Both the position numbers and the translations under genes were made by a program. A stretch of 64,000 nt of DNA, taken from positions 3,968,001 through 4,032,000 of the forward strand of contig CM022672.1 in the NCBI GenBank assembly GCA_012295275.1, in the 5' to 3' direction. Positions 16,901 through 30,600 of the stretch are shown one piece after another. The notes below the pieces were generated by a model. The model had not been told where the DNA came from. It saw only the letters and a program-made list of their open reading frames with translations, and made no database searches. Within the stretch, counting starts at the first letter, position 1, and every line of letters begins with the position of its first letter. This DNA is from Chrysomallon squamiferum. Its lineage: Eukaryota > Animalia > Mollusca.

Positions 16901-18104
16901 AATAAATAGTTTTCACAATACATAAATGTTTGTAATAAAAAAAACCAAAACAACCAGATTCTCTAAAAATTTATTTTTAGAAGGACAGAAACACATTTAT
17001 TCCATTTTTGACGTATACAATGTAATATTATAACATCTTTTTCAATGTTTGTTGATAAATAATGGATCATTCTTAATACTTAGTTTAAGAAAAATAAAAT
17101 AATAAATAAAAATTCAAATTCTTAACATTATATTCTTGCACGTGGTTTAGAAACAAATATATACATTAAAAAAATCTGATGCATCTACAAGCAAGTTTCA
17201 TAGCACTGATAACAAGCACAATTTTCATCTGTAAAATTAATTTCTTCACAATTAGTGTTAATTTTAATAACTTGTATGTTTCATTGTTTGTGTGCTGAAA
17301 TAAATTCTTCTCAACACTTACAATAAAAGACAAAAGATTTGCAATTACTCCTTTCATTTTTACAATTTAAAACGTATTTAAAAAAAAGAAAGAAAAGTGA
17401 GCAATATTTTTAAAACAAATTTTGTTTAAATACACTTATAAATATTTGACAGTGTTCTATATTCAGTATCCAAATACTAATGCTTTGAAATTACAGAATT
17501 TTTTTTTTAATTACCATTATGTTTTTTTTAAATGTTTTATTGTTATGCATACTTTCTAAGTTATTATTTATTTATTTATTTATTTTTCATACAATTTATT
17601 TATCTATTTATTTATTTGACAATATTGATATTCTGGATGCAAAATTACTTAACAAAAAATGCAAAAACTATAATAGAGCAGCACTAATAAATTTTCTTTA
17701 ATTTCCTTTCTAGTTCCCATCTGTATCAAAGTGTTTTATTAAAATATTTAGAAGTTTCTATTATTTCCTAATAAAGCAGCCAACATATGCTTATAAATTT
17801 CCTTTATCACTATGTCCACAAGCAAAATGAGATCAAAATATTTATGTTGTTGGTTTTTAATAACAAAAGGGAAAAAAGTGAGTATCATTTTAGAATTTAT
17901 TAGTAAATGTAAGAAAATTGTTAAAATTCTATCAAAAGAAATTTGAAAATTACTAATTTTTTATTATTAGTATTTTGTTCCCATTTGTGGTTTGAACTAC
18001 AGCACAGAGACATGTTCACTAACATAAAAATGTTGATTTATTATTAATTGGGGGTTGGATCCACACTGAAGTCCAGTAACTATGATCACAATGAAAAGCT
18101 CTAC

Positions 18105-21100
18105 TTAGTTTTCTCCCTTCAGTGTACTCTCCAATTCTCCCCCTTCCTTCAGTTCCTTCAAAAAAAAAAAAAAAAAGTGTTAGTTTAAATTGTGAAGCAG
18201 CTTCATGCAGTTAAAATTATTATCAAATTTAAATTACATCTTTCCATGAAGAGCTAAAATTCAGTTTTCAATAAAATATACCTGACCCAAGAATACTTTG
18301 ACGAGCACAGATTCTGTGAGCCATCACTCTAAGGTTAGCTATCAGCCACTGCTCTATACTGCACCTTCAGGATCATTTCTTTCAAAAACCAAAATAAACT
18401 TCAGAATCAATCCTGATTCATTACATAAAATTTAACACCTGGGTAATCCATTTATGACTCTCACGAGCATAAATTTAAAATTCAACAAAAAAGAAGGCAG
18501 AGAATAAAAACAACGACCCATTAATGGAATATGGATGTATTTAGGCCATTTGAACTGTACAAATTAAAATGCATTTCAAGATTAACACAATAAACTATCT
18601 GAAATCTGAATGCAGTAAAATGCTCACTTTTATGATGTCCAAGCCACCAACCAGCTCGCCTTTGACATACACCTGCGGATAGGTGGGCCAGTTGGAGAAC
18701 TTCTTCAACCCCTGTCGGATTTCCTCATCTGTTAGAATATCAAAGGTGCTGAATGGAATGCTGTAATAACAAATTAATAAATGACAGACTTTGGAAGACG
18801 AAAAGACTTTATTGGCAAAGCTGTACTATGATTATCAGGTTTAAAACACAAAACACAACAAGAACTCATGTTGATAAATGAAGCAACATCTTAAAAACAA
18901 TGATAAAATAATAACCTGTACACTTCTAAGTTTTATTATTTTATTGCTGTAATTTATTAGTACTAAAAGTTAATGTCATTATAAATAAATCAGTTTGATG
19001 ATCATACTTTGACCACTTGTTTGTACCACTTACTGTATAGTACAGTTTCAGTTTCAACATAACAAATTAGATTATCCATGTCACAAATGATGTTTTAAGA
19101 AATGAAGTTTTAAATACACACCCAGTTTCCTTGAGAATCCCAACCAGAGTTTTACTGAAGCCACACCTAGGAGCATCTGGCTCACCCTTCATAAACACCA
19201 TCACTTTGGATTTGTTTATAAGTTTTTTAAGTCTGTAATAAAATAATTAATATATATATATATGTATTTATATATCAGAGGATTTTAAAAATGCAACCTG
19301 CAACATACCCTGAAAAAATTAAAATCAATATGCCTTGAAACTATTATGGTTTATTATTATTCTTATTATAAAATAAATAAATAATAAATAAAAATTAATA
19401 TTATTAATCACAACTGTTTTATTTTTGGGGACTTTTTATTTTATTTTACCTTCTATGGATTGGGTGTTGCCATTATCATTTCCTTGCAAGGTTTTATACT
19501 GGAAAAAATGTCATATTAATTTATCTTCATATTTTATATATATATACATATATATATATGAAGACAGACATCCAAGGATGACAATGTATAGCTCTTGAGA
19601 CCTCTACAAGTTCACAGATTCATTTACGATCAGGCCATCTTTAAAAAAAATTCATATTACAGAAAATTCAGTTTATATCAGTAGGAAAAAATAAAAATAA
19701 ATATTGTCAAGGATGGCATGTTGTTATTTAATATTCCCAAAGACTCGTATAAAACAGGTGTGCATGCATAATGAGAAATGACTCATAAACAATTCACTAT
19801 CATCTGTGTTTGCCAGTCACACACTTTGTGTACTGGAATACAGCTTGGTTAAAAAAATGTTTTTTTGAAGGGTGGTTTGGGTTTCTTACATATCAAATTT
19901 TATATTCAAGTTTAAGTAAATCAGTTTGCAGGCTGCTAAGTATTCAGTGTGAACACAAATACATTTTTGATGTGAAATGTGATGTGTAAAAGTAAATACA
20001 CATATATATGTATTTTGAAAGGTGATCCTGATACAGACAAACATTTTATGTAACCTGATGCAAATGCTACTAATACACTTTATTTGTATTTGTAAATGTG
20101 AAGTCGAAAATTGTTTCCAGTTCCTTAAAGTTGAATATTTCATGTTTAGCATGAGCAATAGTTACATTATCAGTTCATCTCAGTATACAGCACTTTATAT
20201 TTTCTTTTTCAGTGTTTCTCTGCTGGTATATCATACATTAAATATTTAGCTTCTAAATATATGCTATTACCTTGAAGTGGTTGTGGGAGACTCTCTCAAA
20301 TACAATCATTACAAAATTACAAGCATTAACCAGCACCGATAAAGATATTAAAATTATTTTAAAACATTATATATTTTTTATTAACTGTATTCAATAACAG
20401 AATATTTTGACATTTTCTTGTTTTGAATATTTCTATACTTTTGAAATCTGACAAAATGGTACTGAATTATATCATAAATTGTAATTCAAACGTAAAAAAT
20501 AAAACAAAATAATAAATGAATAAATAATAATTTAAAAAACAATACTAATAACAATAAAATAAATTTTATTCAGGAACTTTCTATTTTTAGTTAATTAAAA
20601 ATTAAAATTAAATGAAATTAAAAAACAAAATAAAATAAAATTTTAAAAAAGTGCTTTCTATTTTTATTTTTTATTTTTTATATTTATTACATAGAAACAA
20701 TGGAAAGCCTGAGATGCCATCACTGATTTGTAAATAATAGATGTAAATTATTTTGTGCTTTTGAAATGGATTGTTTTTGGCTGAAGAACTCTGCAGAATT
20801 TAATAACAATAATTAATAAGTAGATGAAAAAGAAGAGAACAATGAAATTGTCTGCATTTATTTATGTGCAGTAAACAACCAATGCACAATACAAATAAAC
20901 AAATTGAATATTGTAATGCAACTATATAACTTATGAATAGAAACTATTAAAAATGCACAAATACTTCAACTATGTAAATTGTATAAACTTCAACACTGTA
21001 TGAATACATTTAAACATGAACTTCTATGGGATAAAAATATGTTTGACTACAAAGAACAAAACATTGTAAGGCACATTCCATAAAGTACATGTGCCCTGTA

Positions 21101-22192
21101 AGGTAGGAAATAAAAAAAATAAAAATAAAAAATAAAATAAAAATTATAATGTTGTGCAACTGAAAATTCAGTAAAATTAGGATTCTTAAGATCAACCAAA
21201 TGTCACCTTAGCTGAAGACATTAAATTGATTTATATTATATGAGGAAAAAAAAATCAGTAATAAGATGTATGTAATCTATGACTATAATCTGTGAATGTA
21301 GGAATGTAACTATTAGACACCAAAGTGGAGGATGTAACTTTTGGTTGTTAAAAATATCAGATTCTGGACATATGTACTTTATGGATGCCCCAATATTTTC
21401 AGCAGGTCTATATTTCATACAGTACAACGTAATAATTAAAATATTGAACCACACTTAGAATCAATATCTTGACTAGTTTATATAAAAATTATACTTAAAT
21501 GTGGGATGCTAAAACTGCAAGGATATTTTAAGAAAGTCTGACAAATGTGTCTCCATTACCTTATTTAAAAAATAAATACAAAAAAACAATTTTATAATTT
21601 CAAAAAAGATATAATATAAGATTAAAACTTTATAAAATTTTTCCAAGAAAAGACAATAAAATTTTAAGAAACAGCAGTATGAGATTAACTACACAATCAG
21701 ATTTTATGATAGTAAATATTATTTTTAGAAGATGTTTAATTGGTAATTTAAAAATCCTATATTTATCAAGATCTATTAAGGGTAATTACTCCATGGTTGA
21801 ATTTATGATTATATTTATATACAATTTAAGACATAAATTATGATTTAAAACAGTGATTAATTACATAATCCAGATTAAAACTGCAAGCCATCTAAATTCA
21901 AATGACAGAATATAATTTTGGAAAGATATATTAATATATATGTTTATATACCACATTTAATAAGAATTAATATCAGATAAAAATAATAATAATTAAAATT
22001 CAAACTGCAGTGAGGGAATAAAATGGATTAAGATAGATTAAATGCATGATTAATTATAATTTCAGGAATACTGGATACAAGAATTAACAGAATAATCACT
22101 TTTTTAACTTTATTAAGTAATTTAAGTGCGACCATCTTGAAAAAATAATGCACTAAAACATTTATTTTATTTATTTATTTACTTATTAATAC

Positions 22193-22240
<48 letters not shown>

Positions 22241-24608
22241 TTTTTTTATCTGCAACTGAAACTGAATTCAGTAACATTATCAGAATGGTACACTGATTTG
22301 CTAATTACTATAATATAGATACTTTTAATTGTTATACAACATTTTTTAATGTTGTTCTTCAATAATAGTTTTTCTACACTTATAAAAGGTCAATTCAGGG
22401 GGAAAAAGATTTATAATTGTTACGATTTAATACTAGGAAATTGTCAAAAATATTCACATAGCACTGTCACTGTCAAGATTAATGTGCAATAATTTCATTT
22501 GGAACTGTTATATCATCAAATATGTATTTTTATGTTTTTGGACTTACTGAATACATGAAAACTGGAAAAAATTTATTAAAATTTTATACATCTTTTGTGA
22601 GAAAGGGTAGCAGATGTAACTGACATTATGATTACAGATAAAAAGTACTTGAAACATATGTTTTTAAGGCAATCTTTGCAGCTGAAATACTGTCCACTGA
22701 GGTACAGAAAATATTCATCTGTTCTTAATTTTTTAGTCAAATCCAAGAATACATAAAAATATTATGTTCTGTTTGCATAATTTAATCCAGTATATTTATT
22801 ATAAATAGATGATAAATGCTTGTGAAAAAAAAAAATAATAATAATAAATTACCAGCTAAGAAGTATAATTGTACCATAAAAAATTACATTTTTATAAATA
22901 ATTACTTCATCATCTTTCTTCATTTCATTTTTTTATAAAACATAATTAGCACAAATAGTAGTTAATTAACAAGGAAAATGCTGATGGTCTGTCTGATTTA
23001 CATTTTGAACTAGATGATCTTTATATTTATATGGCTTTGGTGTTAAAAAAGATTTAAAAAAAAAAAGTACATTAAAACAGAACAGGTCTTCCCCCACCCC
23101 TCCTCAAACTCTCCATTATTCCTTAATGAGAAGCATCCAATACAGCAGATGATTCATTGCCATCAGAAACTGATTCATTATCATCAGAATCAGATGAATT
23201 TTTGAAATTCTGAAACCGCAATCTGCTGTCTTTTTTATTTTTCTTTGAATTAGTTTCTGGTTTACATGGTTCAGAGTCCATAGAATCATCATAATTTTCA
23301 TCATACACAAATTTCAGTTTTTTAGCACTGGAGACATCTCTTAAATTATACCCGCTAGTCTTTTTGTCTTTGGTTAGTTTTGATCCATTTGGCTCCCGAT
23401 CCAGTTTTGAATAAACACTGAGAATATCCGAGGTTACTTTATTTAAATCTTGCACTATAGGATCGCTGGATCCATCTGCAATGGACTGAGACATTTCAAA
23501 ATGAAGCCCTTCAATGTCACTCTGGGAATCATCTGAATCAACATTTTGGTTCTTTTTCTTTGATTTTGGCCGAGAATGGCGACGTCTTTGCTGCTGCCGT
23601 CTTGCCTGATCATACTCTGGATAAAGACAGCGTAGTTCAGACTCCCTTGCTCGATGAAGTCGTTTTCGTTCCAGATCTCTCTGTTTTTTCTGTTCATATT
23701 TGTCTTTATAATCAGGGTCATTTTTCAACCTGTCCCTGTAATTCCGAGCTCGATTTCTATTCTGTTCTCGGTACTCATACCCTTTCATCATCATCTCTGT
23801 CAACTTCAGCTCAAAAGCATGAGGATCGAGAGATGTTTGACCAGGTAATAACGGCATGGGGCCGATCAACTGCTGAACAAGAAGCAATTGCATTGGGGTG
23901 AGCTGGGCAGCAATTCCTCCAGGGACTGGATCAAGATGTTTGGGGTTGGGATCCAGCTGAAGAAATCGGTCACCCATTTTATTTTGAAGTATTGAAAGAT
24001 GATATATAAACCATTCTTGAGCCCGTTTCACAGTACCAGGGTCATGTAATACAGTGCTGGTGACTTCATCTTGCAAAAATGATTTACTGATATCTATTTC
24101 AGTGGTTTCTAGATCACTACAGGCTGACACTGCATGTGTTGTGTTTGTTTTTCTAGGTGTAGAATGCCTGAAAATCAAAATTGATCAGCTTGAATAAATA
24201 AATAAAGAAAAGACATTCTTCATATTATTTGAAATTAAGAAATTGAGCTGGTGGAGAAATAAGTCTTACACAAACAATGTGAAGATTTTAGGGCCAAAAC
24301 TGATGTAAGTTACAATTTGCCTGAAAATTATATATTTTCCAATACAATCTTGAATTTTATGTTGTTATTATAATAATCAGATTTTTAAAATAAATTTTTA
24401 AAGCCTTAATGCAACTCATTATTTCACTGAACTGCTAAGACTCATTATTTTAAGACTGGCCATCAGATGCAAATAAAACAAAAAGCTAAATGTTCACAGA
24501 AAAAGTCTAGTGTAACTGTAATTATGAGTGAATTTAGAAAAGTGTGTCCTGTTGGTGAATTATTATTAATATTATTTTTTTATTTTTTTATTTATTTATT
24601 TTTATTAT

Positions 24609-24662
<54 letters not shown>

Positions 24663-27600
24663 CATAATGGTGATATTCAAAAGGATCTATTTACCTACCT
24701 TGAAATACTGCCATTTTCACACAATGCTGCATCATCGTGACTAGAAGCTACTGACTGGGAAGATGAGGTTAGGACATTAGTTACAGCATTCTCTGCAGAT
24801 GGTTCATCCTCAAACAATGATGGAACAATTCTCATAACACTGGGAGACACCAACTGGGCAACAGATTGTGAAAAGTTTATCTCCAAATTTTCCTCTTCCT
24901 TATTATCAACTTCCATCTGAATATCCTGTTCTTCATTTGAATCAAAACCTTTAGGTAGCCTTTCCATTTCCTCTGGGGAAAGTTCAGTCTTTACTGCATT
25001 GTTAGTATCACATGCATTGTCGCTGCCATTTTGTAGATGTTCTGTTACAGATTTTTTAGTGTTTGGCTCCCCTTCACTGACAACAGCAGAGTTGGACAGA
25101 CTGAAGCTGGAATCATTGGAGGAATACCCTGACATATTTACACTTGAATTGGACAAAACAGAATTATGAAGGTAAGCAGATGATTGATCCTGGGAAGGTT
25201 TCTGACCTCTTTCAGTATGGTCAAATGTTTTATTATTGAAGTCAGGGCTTCCCAGTGAAAACATAGAAAGTAATGATTTGCTCACAAATGATGCATCTGA
25301 TACTTCTTTGCCAGAAAAACCAGCTACCAGGAGTGAAGGATCTAGAGAAGAGTCTATAGATTTTGTTGAATCAAATAATCCCATACTTTTCTTCCATCTT
25401 TCCATCTGTTTCCTTAATCTTTCTTTTTCTTTGAAAGCTGCAGCAGCTTCAGGATTCTCTTTTAACTTGGCTCTTCTTTGTCTCATTCTTTCTCTATCTA
25501 GAGCTCTCTTCCTTTCAAGCTTCTCTCTCATCTTCACCAATTCTTCAGTTAAATGTGGAACTGCTGGTGCTAGTGATGGGTCACAACTGTTCAGTGATGT
25601 GGATGGAAGATGACCTGATGACAAAGCTAGAAGATTTGGTAGCTGAAAAGGGACATTTTCTCCTTCAGTTATAGAGGCCATTGTCACTCTGACCAGTTCA
25701 TCAGGAGGCAAGGAAAGCAAAAGAGTATTCCTCCTCCTTTCGATTCTCTTGCGAATTTTCTCTCGTTCTCGTATAGCTGCTGCCTGTTCTGGATCCTTCT
25801 CTCGAAGTTCTGCTCGTTTTCTTCTTACTCTTTCAGCTGCCTCTGCTCTCTTCATTTCCAGATGAGCCCTCAATTTAGCCAGATTTGCTGCTGTTTCTGA
25901 ATCTAGAGGAAGCTGTTTCAGCAGACAGTTTCCAGGTGTACCTTCTGACAAAGATGCTATTGCTGCCTGAAGAATTTCAGTGTTGTTCGCAGCTTCTTTC
26001 AGTGTTTCATCTGGAAGTGAAAGAAGAATAGCATTTCTCTTTCTCTCCTCTCTTTTTTTCAGCTTCTGTTTTTCTCTTTCCATTGCTGCTGCTACTGGAT
26101 CATTTTCCCTAAGTTGTTGTCTTCTTAGTCTCATCTTTTCTCGACTAATTAATTTAATTTTCTCCTTTGTTAATCCATCCATGTTCAACCTCTTCAGTCT
26201 CATTCGTTCACGATTTGTAGCACGCCTCTGTTCCTCCTTCTGTTTAAGATCTTCAATATTATCTTGTGAACTAAAAGGGAAAGGAATCGAAACAGGATTA
26301 CCTTCATCATCCAGGATATCTGTATTTGCTGCAAGTCCAGCTGCTTCAGATAGAAGGTCTGGTGGAAGAGACAACAGCAACTGATTACGTTTTCTCAACA
26401 TTTGTTTTCTTGTTCGGTCTTTCTCTCTTTCTTCTTCAAGCTTTTCAGGATTTGATAATCGAAGCTGCTGACGTCGCCTTCTCCTATATTCTGTATTTTT
26501 CTGTCTCCTAATCTCCTCTGAGAGAGAGTTTTGACGTTTCCTTCTCCTTCGATATCCTGAATTTCGAGGTGACTTTGAGGATATTTGCTGTTTTCTGAAT
26601 TTTTCTTTTTGATCTGAATTAGGAAGCCACTCCTCTCCAATGTCTTCCTGTTCAAACTGAGAATCATCTGACGACTGCATACACATGTCACTTAGGTCAT
26701 CTCCTTGGAAATGCGAGTCAAAAAATGCGTCTTCTATTTCCTGTTTAACTTCAACCAATGATTCTCCTTCTATGAAAGATTCATTCATGTTTTCACGGAT
26801 TTTATTATTGGTTGAATCTGTATCCAAACAGTGATTTGAATAGTTAAGTAATTTTGAACATTTTTTTTGTGAATTTCTACAACTTTTTTCAAACATATTT
26901 CCTTTTTGTTGTAAAACAGAAAGCATCTTGGGATCACTGGTTTCATTTTCAAGCAGTTTCAGTCTTTTCTCTCTTCTTCGCTGGTTTATTCGAAACTGAC
27001 ACAGTTCATTGTAATCTTTTTCTGACTCCATTTTAAGATTTACCTTCCATACATTATTCAGACTTCTTTTTCTCTTATTCCTGCTTGTCAGGTTACAATT
27101 GTTAGAATTATATGAATGAATACCCTGATTACTATTTACATCACCATTGTAATCACTCAGATAAGTCTGGCCCATAACATTTGGGTCATAACAAAATTGT
27201 AATTCACTGTGGTCTATTGGTTCTTGTTTTACTTTATCTAGGCTAAACTGACAAGAATTATCACTACTTTCTGTCTGAGGATGAAGACAGAGCTCCAAAG
27301 AAGCTGAACTATCATCCTCAAGATTCCCACTAGATTTTGCTATTTGTCCTGAACTAATACAATCCTCTTTAAGCTGACTAACACAATCTTCCAATTTTTT
27401 TCTCTTCCGAAAATTCTGTCTGACAGTTTCACTTTTATCACGGCTGGTCTTGTTTTGTCCATGAATCTTAACAGGAACTTGTTGTTGCTTAGCTAGGTCA
27501 GTTTCAGAACATTCATGCTGGCTTTCGCCATCACTGGATTCATTTTTAGTCATATGACACGAATCATTTGTTTTTCTAAGGTGTTTTATTTGAGGTATAT

Positions 27601-30600
27601 CTTTCTCATCACTGCTGTCTGGATTCGAGGGAGTTTAGATCAGGCATTACAATTAGGTTTCTGTCAGGCATCGTCAACGCAGACTCCTGATTCGCAATGC
27701 CATGCCTGAAACAGGAAACAATCCAAAATACTAGAAACATTTAAAATCTTACACTGCTGCAAGTCAGAAAACTCTTTCCTCACCATCTTCATTTTTTACA
27801 TTAACATATTAACAGTACAATGATCCTTGCAGAATATATAACAAACAAAATTTAGAACAATTAAATATTCAGTAATTAGACAACCCTTTTTATATATTAC
27901 TAACATTATAATATATACATCAATAAAACTTATAATATTAAAATACAATGATGAAAATAAATTAGGTGAGAGCGATTTTAAATGAAATTCTAGTTTGGAT
28001 TGTTTCCAAAAATGCTATCTAATTTTCTGCTTCAAAACATAAACAACAAATTCCATCATATTAAAAATATTTTTAATAACCCACCTGTCAATGTGTCATG
28101 TATATAGTAAATAAAGTAAAACTAATCCCAATATTAAATGAATTTTTAATAAAATATTTTGAGAAAACCTGTTCTGTAATTCTGACAAAAATCACATCTT
28201 CCACACAAAAACATAAACAACAGAAAATCATTTAATTTTTTTTCCCTATAATTTCTGCAGATGACACAAAATTATGTGTTCCATCATTTTCGTGCATAAT
28301 GAAATAAAAATATATAACTGAACAGGTTTTTTTTTTTTTAAATATTTTATGAACAGCACCAAAGCATTTAAACAATCTTATTTGAAACATTATTATTAAA
28401 AGTATTGTGGTAAATATATTTAAACTGTTTATTTAATTCTTGATTTGGTTCATTAAATAGTAACAGGTTATAGCCCAACTCAAAAGCTGAGTCAGTGTAA
28501 TAACAATAATTATTTTCTTACACAACCATACGATTTATATTATTAATATCTATTTCAAACCAAACACAAACACTGAGCTAGTCTTAACATCATTCCTATT
28601 AAATACTGTTAAATTCAATAATATGACTTCTACGTCAGTGAGAGAGATAGTGTAATGTATTTTGGGGGTAAATAATTTTTGAAATCAACATTAAAAACTT
28701 ACCTTTCTTCCAAGCCACCGTCTCCCCCGGCTTTAAGCTCAGACTCAAGTTGGCCTGTCTCAACAAGCTCCTTGATGATATCCAGCCCTCCGACCAGTTC
28801 TCCTTTACAGTATACTTGTGGGTAGGTGGGCCAGTTTGAGAAGGTCTTTAATCCTGTAATTAAAATAATCAACTACAAGATACATTCTCAGTTATCATAC
28901 AAGACACACTCAGTTGATTTTCAGTTTTATTATCATTCAAGGTACATTTATATTTTAAGTAAGTAATTTTTGCTTTAACAAGTATCAGGAAACCCACTGA
29001 AACCTGAAGTTATTCTTAATCATTAGCAGCAAATGATATTTTTTTAATCAATTTTATTCCTTTTATAATATCTGCCACTTACAGAAATGGTGGAAAGCAG
29101 TCCACTGGGGATAGAGATGATTTATCTGTGATTCATTATGTATCATTAAACTATATAAAACTTGAATTTATATGACTACCACATGCTGCAGAGTTTTTAA
29201 AACTCACCTTGCCTGATTTCATCATCTGCCAAGATGTTGAAAAAACTGTATTTAATATTCTTGTCATTCAGAATCTGTATCAGCTGACGGCTGAATCCTG
29301 AAATCAATGGTTTATAAGCGTATAGCATTAAACTAAATAATTTTCATCTCTGAATTTGTCAAATATGCAACAACCTTTTAAAATAATAATGTTGTAATAA
29401 TTTTTTCAACTTAACACATGTTCAAGAGATCTTCAAATTTTAACATCTAATAAATTTCAATTTTATATGTTAGGAACATTTTAAAAAATAATAATAAAAA
29501 TTTAACATTACTGAAAAGGTTTAATTCAATCTGTCAGCAATTTACATGACTATGTCCTTTAAAAATTGTATTTTATAACTACATTTCAGTGGTTAACAAA
29601 AAGAAAGCATTCTAATAACATATCCAAAATAGGAACGTGCAGGTGAATATTTGCTCTGTTACTATGGGCATAGCTATTATGAAAAGGCCAATGAACAGTA
29701 AACAACAAACCACATTTAGGTTCCTCAGGAGTTCCTTTTATGAATATCATGATGGGAGCCACATTGATCAGAGTCTTCAGTCGTGTGTTCAGATCCTACA
29801 ACAGTATTAATGTCATTTAGTAAAATGTTATTTACTATGAAAATGGTTTAAACGTGGGCATGAATCTAGCAGATTTAAGAAACCATTCAAGTAGTAAATA
29901 ATTAATTCATGTAAACAAAATAAATTTATCATTTTCTTTTTCTTTTTCAAAACTTCTATGTGTACACACACACACACACATACACATACAAACACAAACA
30001 TAAACATAAACAGATTAAAAAACACACACACACACACATTTCAGTGCTAATGTGTGTATGCATCTGCATGTGTGAGTGTGCACATATTCCTAGGTAGCAG
30101 CTGGTTAAAGAAAACATTATAATTCTGAATTACACTACCTGATTAAGAACCAGTATTTTATGTAAACTGCATAATTCTCACCGGTTTTTCAACAGACTTG
30201 GGTGGACTCACAGCATCCTTCCCCACAGATGCAAGCTGTTTTACTTTCTTGCTCAACTCAGCCACTTTGGCACCATCAAGACGATCAATCTTTTTCTTGT
30301 TCTTAACACAAAAACACACACAAAAAACACATAGATTAAAATCACAAATATAGCACTTTTATCATTAAGTAAGAAAAAAAAAAAAAAAAAAATTCTAAAA
30401 TAAATTATAATTTAAAATGTAGTCATATATTCTTTCAAACACTCATTTTATAGTTATCACAAAATTAATCTGAATATGGTGATGAAGCTTGCTACTCTTT
30501 AGATGTCAAAAACATCTACATTTTCTATTGAATTCCAATATTAATCCAATATAATTATATATAATTTAATTACCTTAAAAAACAAGCATGTCGGTACAGC

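Noticed and set aside
18055-18075. CAGTGT loop in the GLRX3 3'UTR as a possible IRE; CAGTG words at 7038, 7575 and 17202 were also checked
   Set aside because: The flanks do not form the 5-bp upper stem with a bulged C.
27640-27670. Two GCC TGA words as antizyme-like shift sites or selenocysteine codons
   Set aside because: They lie in the phase-0 frame, which GLRX3 exon 7 does not enter. That frame closes at TAA soon after, and I saw no SECIS.
25236-27709. Several + strand ORFs of 60-134 aa (e.g. 25236-25613, 25980-26384) and similar ones at 23560-23901, 51713-51973 and 59746-59979
   Set aside because: They are antisense shadows of real coding exons, with low-complexity translations and no independent support.
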